NCBI GenBank assembly: GCA_964244895.1
Contig: CAXTKV010000011.1
Coordinates: forward strand, 1-47,411
Source: an uncultured Deinococcales bacterium
GTDB lineage: Bacteria; Deinococcota; Deinococci; Deinococcales; JAAFIG01
Direction of reading: 5' to 3'
Length of the DNA: 47,411 bases
Positions 30,778-41,254 of the stretch are shown in pieces. Position 1 is the first letter of the stretch. Every line of letters starts with the position of its first letter. The position numbers were made by a program, and so were the translations under genes. The notes beneath the pieces were generated by a model that was not told where the DNA came from, did no database searches, and worked only from the letters and a program-made list of their open reading frames with translations.

Positions 30778-31071
30778 TCAATCCCAATCGCTGACGGGAA
30801 TGGCCTCGCCATCGGTGACTTCGACGTTGGGTCGGGTGTAATTCGCGCCCCAGGTGATCTCGAGGGTCGCGCGGTCGAAGGTCTGCGCACCGACGATCTG
30901 TTTGCGCACGAAAAACCCGCTGTCCTGCGGCGAGATATCGCCGGATTTGGTGATGCGCAATTCGACCACCTCGCCGCGCTTGGCGGTCTTGACGCGCACC
31001 CGAAAGGCGTTCTGACCGTCGGGTTTGAGGTACGTCGGGGTGCTATCGGCAGGTTTGCGACGCCAGAACAT
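30778..31071 (-). CDS. hypothetical protein (97 aa)
   Basis: TAGACT 6 nt before ATG; protein-like. Confidence 0.7.
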   Translation of the reverse strand: MFWRRKPADSTPTYLKPDGQNAFRVRVKTAKRGEVVELRITKSGDISPQDSGFFVRKQIVGAQTFDRATLEITWGANYTRPNVEVTDGEAIPVSDWD

Positions 31072-31108
31072 GCCACGAGTCTACCCGTTCGGGTTCGTTC
31101 CCCCAGGA

Positions 31109-31161
31109 GACCGTCCTGAACGCCATTTCTCGAGATTCAAGGAAGATTGTCTGGGACGATG
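31109..31161. repeat. dyad element (spacing 36)
   Basis: CGTCCTGAACG / TGTCTGGGACG. Confidence 0.75.
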
Positions 31162-31201
31162 TTCATGGGCGCAGATCCTCGAGAAGGGTTAGCCTCTGGG
31201 C

Positions 31202-31960
31202 ATGAATGGACTTCGAGACAAGGTCGCGATCGTCACGGGCGGCGCGCAGGGCATCGGGCGCGGCATCGCGGATCGGCTGGCGAACGAGGGTTGTCGGATC
31301 GTGATCGCGGACGCCGATGCGGAGGCGCTGGCGGAACTCGAGCGCGAGGCTCCCGCGTTAGCGTGCGTACAAACCGATGTTTCGAGCGAGCAGAGCGTGA
31401 AAAACTTGATCGAGGTCGCGCTGGCGCGCTTCGGACGACTGGATTTCGCGGTCAACAACGCGGGCATCAGCGCCAACGCGCCGCTCGAGCAACTGACGTT
31501 GGCCGACTGGAACCGCGTCGTCGGGGTCAACCTGACGGGCGCGTTCCTGATCGCCAAGCACGCCAGCCCTCACCTTCGCGCAGCGCGCGGCGCAATCGTC
31601 AACATCGCGTCCACCCGCGCCACCATGTCCGAAGCCAACACCGAAGCCTATTCGGCCAGTAAAGGTGGTCTGCTGGCGCTGACGCACGCGCTGGCCGTCA
31701 GCCTGGGGCCGGACGTGCGCGTCAACGCCGTCAGCCCCGGCTGGATCGAAACCCGCGACCGCCAGAAAACCAGCGCCCGAGGTACCGTTGCTCATTCCGA
31801 AGCCGACCGCGCCCAGCATCCCGTCGGACGCGTCGGCGCGCCGGAAGACGTGGCGGCGATGGTCGCGTTCTTGTGCTCGACCGAATCCGGTTTCGTGACG
31901 GGTCAGAATTTCGTGGTGGACGGCGGCATGACCAAAAAAATGATCTACGTCGAGGATTGA
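31202..31960 (+). CDS. SDR family oxidoreductase
   Basis: [17 protein letters not shown] motifs. Confidence 0.92.
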   Translation: MNGLRDKVAIVTGGAQGIGRGIADRLANEGCRIVIADADAEALAELEREAPALACVQTDVSSEQSVKNLIEVALARFGRLDFAVNNAGISANAPLEQLTLADWNRVVGVNLTGAFLIAKHASPHLRAARGAIVNIASTRATMSEANTEAYSASKGGLLALTHALAVSLGPDVRVNAVSPGWIETRDRQKTSARGTVAHSEADRAQHPVGRVGAPEDVAAMVAFLCSTESGFVTGQNFVVDGGMTKKMIYVED

Positions 31961-32051
31961 GGGTTGACCGCGATCTCGAGACGAGCGCCGTTCTGAACGA
32001 TAGAAATTGATTTCATCGCGCTCAGAAGAACCGTTCGGGTTTCAATCCCAG

Positions 32052-32158
32052 TACAGCGGTCTTCGCAGAGGTTGACGCGCGAAAAACCTGGCCAGCGGTA
32101 GGGGCGCTGCTTGCTGCGCCCTCTCGACGCGCGCAGGGCTTACCCGCAGCGCCCCGAC
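32052..32158 (-). repeat. GTAG-type REP doublet with conserved tail, copy B (inverted relative to copy A)
   Basis: GTAGGGGCGCTGCTTGCTGCGCCC 32098-32121; spacer and tail match 3633-3715; related hairpin 32171-32195. Confidence 0.75.
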
Positions 32159-32237
32159 AAAACCCGTTCCACAGGGGCAGGTTGCGACCTGCCCTCCCCA
32201 GAAACACCGTGGCTATTTCTGCGCGAGACTCGAGGAA

Positions 32238-32289
32238 CACCGTCCAGCACGGTATCCTCGAGCATCAAGTATTCACGTCCAGGACGGTC
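32238..32289. repeat. dyad element (spacing 35)
   Basis: CGTCCAGCACG / CGTCCAGGACG. Confidence 0.9.
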
Positions 32290-32313
32290 TTTCGCCTTGT
32301 GCCCCGACCAAAA

Positions 32314-35300
32314 TCACGCAGCTTCAGCCCCGCTGATCGTCCGCATCACCATCGATTCCAGATCGAGCGCCCAACCGTCCTGCCACACAGCATCGGCCTG
32401 AACCGTCAGCGCGGCGCGGGCGGCGTCGGTCACGCGGTCCAGAAGCCTGGCCGCAGCCGGGGGCAACCGGGTCTGGGATGCCTGCTGCCAGCGCGAGACG
32501 CTGGCGCAGATGGTCAGGGCGCTGGCGTGGTGCTGGCGCTCGAGCGCGAGGTCGGCGCAGGTGGTCAGCACGTCCGCCATCTTGTAATCGCGTCCGATCT
32601 CGAGCAACAGCGCCAGGCTTTCCGAGAATCGGGCCTGTGCGAGCGCGTGGTCACCCTGGGAGAAGTACAGTTTGCCCAGGTTGGCCAGCGAGCTGGCGAT
32701 GCCCTGGCGGTCGTTCAGGCGGCGTTTGATCGCCAGGCTTTCTTCCTCGGCGATCAGTTCAGCCTCGGGCGTGGCGCTGAAACCCGCCAGGTTGCCAATG
32801 GCGTAGGCCACACCCTGAGCGTCACCGATCCGGCGTTTGACCTCCAGGCTTTCGCGGAACGATGCCTCCGAGCGTTGCAGGTCGTCCAGGTAGTAACTGA
32901 CGATCCCGATGTCGTTGAGGGTCGCGCCGACGCCCCACCATTCATTGACGCTGCGGTGCAAGGCCAGGCTCTGTTCGAGGTGCGCCAGCGATTCGCGGTG
33001 TTCGCCCGCCTCGTACTCGAGCACCCCGAGAATCCGCAGCGCGAAACCGATACCGCTGGCGTCGTTCAGATTGGAATACAACCGCAGGCTTTCCTCGATG
33101 CGTTGGCGGCTGCGCACGGCGTGGCCGACATCTTTTTCCAGCCCGCCCAGTTCCGCCAGCGCCCTGGCGCGCACCGCGACCGGCACGAGATCCGCGCGCT
33201 CCAGGAAGAACTCGAGCCACGAAATGCCCTCGAAGATCAGGCCGCGCGTGTAAAAGAACCATTTCAGCGCGATCGCCAGCCGCAAGCCGTTTTCGGGTGC
33301 GTCATCGTCCTGATAGGACCGCAGCGCCGTGCGCAGGTTGTCCAGTTCCAACGCCACCCGATCCAGCCAGCGTTCCTGGTCGGGGCCGCGCAGTTCGGGA
33401 TCTGCGGTTTCGGCGAATTCCAGAAAGTACGCAGCGTGGGCGCTGCGGGCCTGATCGAATTCCCGGCGCTCGTGAAGCTTTTGCAGGGCGAACTGGCGCA
33501 GCAGTTCGTGCATCGCGTACCGTCCCCGGTGCTGCGGATCGCGTTGCAGCAAGGACAGGTTGATCAGCGCCAGCAAACCGGACACGGACGCGCCTGCGAC
33601 GCTCAAGGCGGCCTCTCGGGTGAAGCCGCCCCGAAAGAGCGCCAACTGCGCCAGGACGCGCTGCTGGTGGACATCCAGGAAATGCCACGATGACTCGAAA
33701 GCGGCCTGGAGGCTGCGGTGGCGCTCCGGCTGATCCGGGCTCTCGTCCGGCGAGCGCAGGAATCCCAGATTGCCCTCGATCTCGTCCGCGATTTCCGGGA
33801 AGGACAGCACCTTGACCCACGATGCCGCGAGTTCCAACCCGAGCGGCATCCCGCCGACCAGACGGCAGATCCGGGCCGCCGCCAGCGCGTCTTCGGGGTG
33901 AAACCCCACGCCCGCATCGACGCGGCGGGCGGCCTGGAGCAGCAAGCGCAACGCGCCGGATTGATCGGGGTTCGTACCGTCCACGGGCAATTCCAGACCG
34001 TCCAGCGCCAGCACCCACTCTTCCGGCAAGCGCAGCCGCTCGCGCGAGGTCGTCAGGACGCGCAGTCCGGGTGCAGCCGCCAGCAGGCGTCCAATGGCGG
34101 GCGCAGCCTCGAGCAGGTGCTCGAAGTTGTCGAGCACCACCAGCATCTCGCGGCGCGCCAGGAACGGTTCCAGGGCTTCGAGGGCGTCCCTGGCGGGTTT
34201 CAGACCGAATTCCTGCGCCAGTCTCGGGCCGAGTTCATTGGCATCGGTCAGCGACGCCAGCGACACGAAGACCGCGCCATCGCGGAACTGGTGGCTCGTC
34301 TCGAGGGCGAGCTGCATCGCCAGGTGCGTCTTGCCCAGCCCACCCTGCCCGACGATGCTGACCAGGCGGCGCTCGAGCAGCAACGTCTTGAGCGCGACCA
34401 ATTCCCGATCCCGCCCGACCAGACTCTTGCCGGGGCGCGGCAGGCCGCGTTCCGGATCGCGCGATTCCTGAGGTGTGCGACTGGAAAAATCCGGCATCAG
34501 GGCGTAGCCGTTCGCACCGCGAATCAGCGCGCCCTCGCGCTGAAGTCCGTCCAGCAAGCTCACGATCCGACCCGGCAAACCATCCGAGCGCTGCCAGAGC
34601 CAGGCGATGAATTCCTGCGGCGGTTCCCAGCGCAAATACGAGCGCACCAGCACCTGACTGGCCGCCAGCGACAACGCCCCGAGTTCGACCCGGTCGCGCA
34701 ACAAGCCACCCAGCCAGACTTCCGCCCGGTGGGTGTCCGTGCCCGCCACCACCACCCCGAGCGCCGGGCCATCGCCGGATTCCAGCAATTGCCGCAGGGT
34801 CTTCAGGCTGGCCGGATCGATCAAGTCCATGCGGTCGATCAGCCAGACCACGCCCTCAAACGCGCCGTTCAGTCGCGTCAGCAGCGCTTCAGTCTCTGCT
34901 GCCACCGCCATCAACCCCAGTTCCAGCCCGAGCCCGTCCAGCAGCGCCCCGTAAGGGTGCGTGGCGTAAGCGCTCCGACCCGTCAGCGCGATGGTCGTGT
35001 ACCCGAGCAAGCGCGCGGCGCGTTCCGTTTCGCGCAGGAAACTCGAGTGTCCAGCCCCTTCAGCGCCCGAGACCAGCAGCGCCCCGCGACGGTACTGGGG
35101 CAAGAGTTTCAGAAACTGCCGCGAGACCTGCCCCGCGCCCTCGCGCTCGAGCAAACGCCCGCTGCCGTCCGCGTCCACCTCATCCTGACCCGCCAACCTG
35201 CCGCGCCCCGCGCGCTTGGCGGCGTACAGGTGCCGGTCGGCCCGCGCGAAGAGTTCCTCGGCGCTCACTTCCTCGGCGCTCTCGTCCGCCCCACGCCCCG

Positions 35301-35694
35301 TCGCCAAGCCGACGCTGACCGAGATCGTCAACGGTGGGTCGCCCGCGAACGGCACGGATCGGACAGCCACGATCAGGCGTTCCGCCAACAGCGCCGCCTG
35401 TTCGCTGCCCGTCTCCGGCAGCAACAGCACGAATTCATCGCCGCCGAAACGAAACAGCAGATCCGATCCCCGGCTGACTTCCGACACGCGTTGCGCGAAT
35501 TCGGTCAGCACCTGGTCGCCGCGCGCGTGCCCGAACGCGTCGTTGATGCTCTTGAAGTGATCCAGGTCGAGCATCAACAAGGACAGTTCCTGGTTGTTCT
35601 TCGCCGCGATTTCGTGCGCCTCGCGCAGTCGCTCATCAAATTCGGCGCGGGTCAGCGCACCGGTCATGGAATCAGTCGGGGTCGTGTGCTGCAT
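32314..35694 (-). CDS. GGDEF diguanylate cyclase fused to degenerate AAA, STAND (NB-ARC-like) ATPase and TPR domains
   Basis: DLDHFKSIND..GGDEF; GAEGAGHSS; GQGGLGKT, VLDNFEH, GMPL, MHELLRQ; TPR-like C-terminus. Confidence 0.85.
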   Translation of the reverse strand: MQHTTPTDSMTGALTRAEFDERLREAHEIAAKNNQELSLLMLDLDHFKSINDAFGHARGDQVLTEFAQRVSEVSRGSDLLFRFGGDEFVLLLPETGSEQAALLAERLIVAVRSVPFAGDPPLTISVSVGLATGRGADESAEEVSAEELFARADRHLYAAKRAGRGRLAGQDEVDADGSGRLLEREGAGQVSRQFLKLLPQYRRGALLVSGAEGAGHSSFLRETERAARLLGYTTIALTGRSAYATHPYGALLDGLGLELGLMAVAAETEALLTRLNGAFEGVVWLIDRMDLIDPASLKTLRQLLESGDGPALGVVVAGTDTHRAEVWLGGLLRDRVELGALSLAASQVLVRSYLRWEPPQEFIAWLWQRSDGLPGRIVSLLDGLQREGALIRGANGYALMPDFSSRTPQESRDPERGLPRPGKSLVGRDRELVALKTLLLERRLVSIVGQGGLGKTHLAMQLALETSHQFRDGAVFVSLASLTDANELGPRLAQEFGLKPARDALEALEPFLARREMLVVLDNFEHLLEAAPAIGRLLAAAPGLRVLTTSRERLRLPEEWVLALDGLELPVDGTNPDQSGALRLLLQAARRVDAGVGFHPEDALAAARICRLVGGMPLGLELAASWVKVLSFPEIADEIEGNLGFLRSPDESPDQPERHRSLQAAFESSWHFLDVHQQRVLAQLALFRGGFTREAALSVAGASVSGLLALINLSLLQRDPQHRGRYAMHELLRQFALQKLHERREFDQARSAHAAYFLEFAETADPELRGPDQERWLDRVALELDNLRTALRSYQDDDAPENGLRLAIALKWFFYTRGLIFEGISWLEFFLERADLVPVAVRARALAELGGLEKDVGHAVRSRQRIEESLRLYSNLNDASGIGFALRILGVLEYEAGEHRESLAHLEQSLALHRSVNEWWGVGATLNDIGIVSYYLDDLQRSEASFRESLEVKRRIGDAQGVAYAIGNLAGFSATPEAELIAEEESLAIKRRLNDRQGIASSLANLGKLYFSQGDHALAQARFSESLALLLEIGRDYKMADVLTTCADLALERQHHASALTICASVSRWQQASQTRLPPAAARLLDRVTDAARAALTVQADAVWQDGWALDLESMVMRTISGAEAA

Positions 35695-35950
35695 GCGTAC
35701 CTCCGGGCGGGTTCTGGGATTCATCGTAACTGGCCTGCGCGGTGCGCACCGTTCAATCGCGAGCTCATCGGGTCGGCGCTTCTCGCCTCAGATTGTCACA
35801 GCCGACTGCAGAGACGCCCGGTATCTGCTCAGTGCGTCCCTGGACATCACCGGGTCGTTCCGGGCGGGTTCTCGAGAAGGCCGCGACGCCCCGTTTCATC
35901 TGTCACGCGCGCGACAACCCCACAGTGCGGCGACGCGTAGGATTCAGGCC

Positions 35951-36322
35951 ATGAGCGACAGCCAGACCATCGACGCCGCCGTGCGCTCCTGGGCTGGTGT
36001 CAGCGCGCACCCGCACCGTTACGGCGGCACGGAATACCGACTGGGAAAGCGCGAGATCGGGCACATTCACGGTGAGCGGCTGGTGGACGTGCCCTTCACC
36101 AAAAAAGCCCGCGATCGAGCGATCCTGGAAGGCAAAGCCGAACCGCACCACCTCCTGCCGGAAACCGGCTGGGTCAGCATCTGGCTGAAATCGGAGGAAA
36201 ACGTCCGGGATGCGATCCATTTGCTCGAGGAGAGTTACAACGCGGCGCGCGAGCAGGTCAGAAACCGACAGGCGAGAGCCACCGCGTCCGCCAGGTTCGA
36301 GCCATCCGAAACGCAAACTTGA
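35951..36322 (+). CDS. DUF5519/luciferase-like domain protein
   Basis: PHRYGGTEY..REIGHIHG, HHLLPETGWV motifs; TAGGAT 7 nt before ATG. Confidence 0.75.
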   Translation: MSDSQTIDAAVRSWAGVSAHPHRYGGTEYRLGKREIGHIHGERLVDVPFTKKARDRAILEGKAEPHHLLPETGWVSIWLKSEENVRDAIHLLEESYNAAREQVRNRQARATASARFEPSETQT

Positions 36323-36353
36323 TCGGGACACTCGGATTCTTGTAGCGTGGGTC

Positions 36354-37166
36354 ATGACCGAATTTCGCGTCGCGCTCGCGCAGCACGCTTCCACGCCCGA
36401 CAAAGCCGCGAACCTCTCGCGCGCCTTGCGCGAGATCGAACGCGCCGCAGGGATGGGTTGCGGCCTGATCGTGCTGCCCGAGACGGACAGTGCAACTCCG
36501 CAGACGGACAGGGCCACCCCGCAGGAAGTCGCGCCCGCCGAAGCCGCGGAACCTCTTTCCGGTCACTACGTCTCGAGCCTGCGCGAGGCGGCGCGAGCGC
36601 ACGGCATCGCGGTCGTGAGCGGGTTGCTCGAGACGATCCCAAATGAGGCATTCCGCGCGTCCAACACCGCTATTTACATCCACCAGGACGGCGAGTTGAT
36701 CGGCGCGTACCGCAAGAACCACCTCTACGACGCCTTCGGCGGTGGCGAATCAAAACTGTTCGTACCGGGCATGCAAGCAACCCAGGCTTTCGACGCGGGC
36801 TGGGCGCGGGTCGGGCTGATGGTCTGCTACGACCTGCGCTTCCCGGAGGTCGCCCGCAAGCTCGCGCTCGAGGGCGCACAGGTCGTGATCGCGCCGAGCG
36901 CTTGGGTGGTCGGGCCGCTCAAGGAAGAGCACTGGATGCTCTTGACCCGCGCCCGCGCGCTCGAGAACACCGTCTATCTGCTGGCCGCCAACATGACGCA
37001 CGGCAAGCACACCGGGCGTTCCGTGGCAGTCGACCCGATGGGCGTGGTGATCGCCGACGCGGGCGAATCAGAGACGATTGCGCTCGCGCACCTCGACCTG
37101 GATCGCGTGCAGGCGGTGCGCCGGAAGCTCCCGGCGCTCGAGCATCGGCGCACGGACTTGTACTGA
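36354..37166 (+). CDS. carbon-nitrogen hydrolase (nitrilase-like amidase)
   Basis: LPE, YRKNHLYD, VCYDLRFPE catalytic triad. Confidence 0.9.
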   Translation: MTEFRVALAQHASTPDKAANLSRALREIERAAGMGCGLIVLPETDSATPQTDRATPQEVAPAEAAEPLSGHYVSSLREAARAHGIAVVSGLLETIPNEAFRASNTAIYIHQDGELIGAYRKNHLYDAFGGGESKLFVPGMQATQAFDAGWARVGLMVCYDLRFPEVARKLALEGAQVVIAPSAWVVGPLKEEHWMLLTRARALENTVYLLAANMTHGKHTGRSVAVDPMGVVIADAGESETIALAHLDLDRVQAVRRKLPALEHRRTDLY

Positions 37167-37174
37167 CGCCAGAG

Positions 37175-37216
37175 CACCGTCCAGGACGCACTTTAAGATT
37201 CGCGTCCTGGACGGTA
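37175..37216. repeat. dyad element (spacing 25)
   Basis: CGTCCAGGACG / CGTCCTGGACG. Confidence 0.9.
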
Positions 37217-37291
37217 TCCCCGTGAACCCAAGGCTTGGGAGCCATCCGAACCGCGAGCGAATCGATCTCAAAATGATTCCGGAAAGCCCCG

Positions 37292-38062
37292 TTACGCAAA
37301 TCTCGAGGCGGCATTGATGGCGACCTGAATCGCGCGCTCGACCGCCGTGGCCTTCGACTCGAGTATCGGTTGTTCGCTGGCCGTGCGCTGCGCGACCACG
37401 CCGCAGATGCAGGCGGCGGCGAAACCGTAAACGTTGCCCATCTTGAAGAGCGTGCCGGATTCCATCTCGTAATTCAGGATGTTCAGGTGGCGGTATTCCT
37501 CGGTGATGCCCTGCAGGGATCGCAACAGGTGCGGGTTGGCGCTCTCGGCGCGCTCCTGGCCCTCGTAGAACGTGTCCACCGATGCGGTCACGCCCAGGTG
37601 ATAATCTATCCCCAACGCCCTGGCTTCTTCCACCAGCGCGACCGTCACGAACGGATCGGCGGAAGCCGGGTACTCGCGCGGCGCGATGTCGTTGGCCGCC
37701 CCCTGACGGCACAATGCCGCCTTGGAAATCACCACGCTTCCGGCGGGCACGTGCGCTTGAATCGAACCGCAGGTGCCGATGCGGATGATGGTCTTGATGC
37801 CCACCTGCACCAGTTCGTTGACGACGATGCTCAACGATGGCGCGCCCATGCCGCTGGTGGCGGACAGGATGCGCTTGCCGTTCGCGAGCGTACCCGCGTA
37901 ACTGTTCAAACCCCGGTGCTCCGAGAGCGCCCGCACGTCCGAGAGTTGCCCGTTGGCGATGTCCCTGGCGCGGTTTGGATCGCCGGACAGGACCGCCAGC
38001 GTCGGCGCGTCAGAACCCAGATCGCTTCGAGAGAAGCCGATGTGATAGAGCGTGTCGGACAT
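37292..38062 (-). CDS. nucleoside (uridine) phosphorylase
   Basis: SGDPNR, GMGAPS, RIGTCGS, NYEMES motifs. Confidence 0.88.
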   Translation of the reverse strand: MSDTLYHIGFSRSDLGSDAPTLAVLSGDPNRARDIANGQLSDVRALSEHRGLNSYAGTLANGKRILSATSGMGAPSLSIVVNELVQVGIKTIIRIGTCGSIQAHVPAGSVVISKAALCRQGAANDIAPREYPASADPFVTVALVEEARALGIDYHLGVTASVDTFYEGQERAESANPHLLRSLQGITEEYRHLNILNYEMESGTLFKMGNVYGFAAACICGVVAQRTASEQPILESKATAVERAIQVAINAASRFA

Positions 38063-38167
38063 GGGATCACCTTAACGCGTCGGTCGGGAATTCGTGCAAA
38101 GAAGCCGCAAGTCATTTAGCCGCAAGCCGCGAGGAAAAGCGTGTGGCTCGCGGCTCATGGCTCGGGG

Positions 38168-38992
38168 TTAATGAGACGGATCCTTTTTCCACTCGAGGTG
38201 CCGCGCCCAGACGTTCTGCCAGAGCGACGCGACCTCGGGAAGCTCCAGGCCGAAGTGATCGCGCAGAACCAGATCGTACTCGGCCTTCGTCTCGAGCGTC
38301 CGGCTGGTTTGCGCGTGCGGCGTCAGGGTCGTGAGCACGGCGCCGCGCAGGGTAACAAAACCATGCGCTGTGGGTTTCTGGCAGACGGTGGTTCTGACGA
38401 AGCCGGATTCGGGCGAAGTTTGCAACCACTCGCACTGCTCTGCAAAGTGGGCCATCGTGCGCGGCTCGAGGCTGAAGTCGAAGTGCGGAGCCCCACCGTG
38501 CGCGTGGTTGTGCATCACCCAACGCTCACCGCTTGCCGTCGCGCGGGGCTCGAGACGGAAAGCGAAGCCCTTCTGGACGTATTGGCCCTCACGCAACGGT
38601 AAGGGCTCGAGGAAACCATCACCGAAGCCCACGTCCGCCAGGTGTGGGCCCTGCTCGAGTTCGACGAGGAGCACGAGGTGCGAACTGTACTCCGGCCCTT
38701 CGAGGTCCGTGCGTCCCACCGACCCGGAAAGCAACTGCACCTCGAAACCCATCTGAGCCAGCGCCCAGGCCAGCAGGCCGTTCATCTCGAAGCACCAGCC
38801 GCCGCGATGGTTCATCACGATTTTCCGGTACGCATCGCGCACGTCGAGGCTCAGGGTGCGACCCAGGTGAATGTCGAGGTTTTCGTAAGGAACGGCCATC
38901 AGGTGCGCGCGGTGGACGGCGCGCAACGTCTCGAGGTTCGGCTCGAGCGTTCCAGCGTAAGCGATGCGTTCGAGGTACTTTTGAAGCTCCAC
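38168..38992 (-). CDS. arylamine N-acetyltransferase family protein
   Basis: VPYENL, RGGWCFEMN, H, ADVGFG triad. Confidence 0.92.
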   Translation of the reverse strand: MELQKYLERIAYAGTLEPNLETLRAVHRAHLMAVPYENLDIHLGRTLSLDVRDAYRKIVMNHRGGWCFEMNGLLAWALAQMGFEVQLLSGSVGRTDLEGPEYSSHLVLLVELEQGPHLADVGFGDGFLEPLPLREGQYVQKGFAFRLEPRATASGERWVMHNHAHGGAPHFDFSLEPRTMAHFAEQCEWLQTSPESGFVRTTVCQKPTAHGFVTLRGAVLTTLTPHAQTSRTLETKAEYDLVLRDHFGLELPEVASLWQNVWARHLEWKKDPSH

Positions 38993-39049
38993 ATTTCCTC
39001 CCGATGCCCGAGCCTACCGCACGCGTTGAGGCTTCTCAAGCCTTAAGAA

Positions 39050-39101
39050 GACCGTCCAGCACACGTTTTTAGCATCGCAGAAATTGCCGTCTGGGACGGT
39101 C
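39050..39101. repeat. dyad element (spacing 35)
   Basis: CGTCCAGCACA / CGTCTGGGACG. Confidence 0.85.
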
Positions 39102-39238
39102 TTCCCGAGAAACCACGTCACGCCCGAAAACGCAGTCCCACGATCCAGTGCAAAGCCTTCTTGGTGGACGCGCAAACGGCGTTCCCGAAAACCGGGAACG
39201 CCGTCCATTCAATGCTCGCTCGAGAAACCCTTCCAGCA

Positions 39239-41158
39239 TCAGGTTGGCTCAAAACCCATCTTCCCATCCGTGACCCAGTGAATCAGGTTGAACATGGTCG
39301 TCAGATCGTGTTTCGGGTCGAAACCGCTCTTGGCCGCTTCAACTGTGGGCGTCCAGGTCGAATCCTGATACAGGAACGAGTGGTGATCGTTGTAGGCCAA
39401 CCCGACCAGCACCTCCGCCACGATCCGCCCGCCGACCGGCCCCAGATGATGCCCGCCGAGCGCATCGTCTTTCAGATCCGGGCGTTTTTCGAGTTCCGCT
39501 TCCCGCAGGATGTAGAACCACAACGGCGCACGGAAAGCGAACGGGTTGTGCCTGGAATCGTGAAAGCTCTTTCCGGTCGCGGCTGGGAACGCGTCCTCCG
39601 GGAATCCCGCCCAGAGTTGAGCCTCCGTGAGCGGCTCCAGATCGAGCGCCCGAGCCACATCCTGACCCGATGGCAGCTCGAAGCTGCTGCCGCGCAACAG
39701 GTTGCGGAACGCCAACGACGGGATGTGATCCGGCATGTTGCCGCTCTTGGCGACGTTCGGCGGCAGCATCGCCAACGGATCGACCAGCTTGGTGTCGATG
39801 CGGTATCCGGGCTGGGTCAGCATCTCGTCGTCTTGCTGAACACCAAATATACCCTTCTCGCCTACGAAGGTCGGCATATTGCCTTCGCTGAAGAACAAGC
39901 GCCAGTCGATCTCCCAGAACGGGAACAACGGTCCAAACCCGTCCAGGCTCATCCTGCGTTTTTTGGCTTCAGGCAGGTTGGGATTGAACGACACATCCGA
40001 GAATATCGGCACGCGGTGGTAACGCGGGTCATTGATAAAGTGATTTTTTTTGTCTCCACCACCCACGACGGCGTTTTCGTTGCCCGCACGCAAGGCATAA
40101 CTGGGCCGCACCTGAGAGTGCCCAAACCTGAAGGCCGCCACCGAGAACTCGACTGGCATGTACGCAATTTCGTGAGGTTTATAGAACTCGAAGGTGGGCT
40201 TGGGGTGTTTGAGCTCCAGTTTTTCTTTCACGAACTTCTCGATTTCCTTATTGCTTAGACCTCCATAAATCTTCAACCAGGTCTCTTCACCGACCACTTT
40301 TGGCAAGTAATCGTTCATCACGATGTACTGGTACGTCCAACGCACGATCCGTTGTGCCTCGAGAAACAATTCCTGATCCGAAAGCAACGGTCGGGCAGCG
40401 TCAAGCGTGTCCACCACCTTGTTGTGGAAGTTGATGAACAGGGCTTGAATCTGGCAGATGATGTTGTTCTCGTCGTTGCGCGGATCACCCGTCAGGGCGC
40501 GCCCTTCGACGTTGCGCGGCAAGTCCCCACGGCGCAAAACACGGCGATCGATATCGTGCAAATCGGCATCGTCTGCCGGATTGAAGTTGATCTTCCGACC
40601 CATCAACAATTTGATGCCGCGATCATCCTGGTAGAGGTACGGCTGGTCATCCGGCCCTCTGCCGTAGAGGGAATCCAGATCGAGGCGCGGCGTGCGGAAG
40701 TCTTCGGTGGCGTCCGGGTCGTTGATTTTCTGCAACGAGGACGCCGGGTCAAAGGTGATGTCGTGGTCGATGAACTGACCCAGGTAGGTGTACCCGGCAG
40801 GAATCGCGGGGTTTTCATCGCCGGGTTCAGGGTCGCCGTAGGCGGTGTCGAGCAACTTTTTCGGATCGTTTTTCTTCGTCACTGGGTCTAGTGGGACAGT
40901 TTCCGTCACGACATCTGGTCCCATCGAGACGACCTGAGGTGGCGTCGGTGGCGGATCGGCGGGCGTCCTGAAATGTGCGTGTTCCAACTGAATCATCATT
41001 TCGGCCAGCACCTTGAGATCCATTCTGTCGTAACTCTGACCATCAAGCCAGCGGAACATCCGGCCAAATCGCCCATTTTTAGCTGAAGACCTGGCTTTTG
41101 AAGCGTATTCCGTGCCGCGCAACTGACCGTGACCTCTATTTTGCTTTACCAGCGCCAT
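39239..41158 (-). CDS. animal-type heme peroxidase family protein
   Basis: GQFIDHDIT, LDLDSLYG, DPRNDEN, AFRFGHS, PLWFYILRE motifs. Confidence 0.85.
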   Translation of the reverse strand: MALVKQNRGHGQLRGTEYASKARSSAKNGRFGRMFRWLDGQSYDRMDLKVLAEMMIQLEHAHFRTPADPPPTPPQVVSMGPDVVTETVPLDPVTKKNDPKKLLDTAYGDPEPGDENPAIPAGYTYLGQFIDHDITFDPASSLQKINDPDATEDFRTPRLDLDSLYGRGPDDQPYLYQDDRGIKLLMGRKINFNPADDADLHDIDRRVLRRGDLPRNVEGRALTGDPRNDENNIICQIQALFINFHNKVVDTLDAARPLLSDQELFLEAQRIVRWTYQYIVMNDYLPKVVGEETWLKIYGGLSNKEIEKFVKEKLELKHPKPTFEFYKPHEIAYMPVEFSVAAFRFGHSQVRPSYALRAGNENAVVGGGDKKNHFINDPRYHRVPIFSDVSFNPNLPEAKKRRMSLDGFGPLFPFWEIDWRLFFSEGNMPTFVGEKGIFGVQQDDEMLTQPGYRIDTKLVDPLAMLPPNVAKSGNMPDHIPSLAFRNLLRGSSFELPSGQDVARALDLEPLTEAQLWAGFPEDAFPAATGKSFHDSRHNPFAFRAPLWFYILREAELEKRPDLKDDALGGHHLGPVGGRIVAEVLVGLAYNDHHSFLYQDSTWTPTVEAAKSGFDPKHDLTTMFNLIHWVTDGKMGFEPT

Positions 41159-41229
41159 AATTTCCCCTTTCAATTACAAATCAAAGCTCATTTCAGCGCA
41201 ATGTACACTGAATTTCCACAAAAACTTGA

Positions 41230-41254
41230 ATTTATGGTTCAATCAACCATAAAT
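41230..41254. promoter_or_regulatory. AT-rich inverted repeat upstream of the peroxidase
   Basis: ATTTATGGTT-CAATC-AACCATAAAT. Confidence 0.55.

Noticed and set aside
32039..32049. GTTTCAATCCC resembling a CRISPR repeat end next to REP copy B
   Set aside because: Only 11 nt, with no hairpin or second repeat; insufficient.
38101..38165. Heptamer-like AAGCCGC/GCGGCTC repeats forming a loose hairpin
   Set aside because: Short and degenerate; likely a weak terminator or simple repeat.
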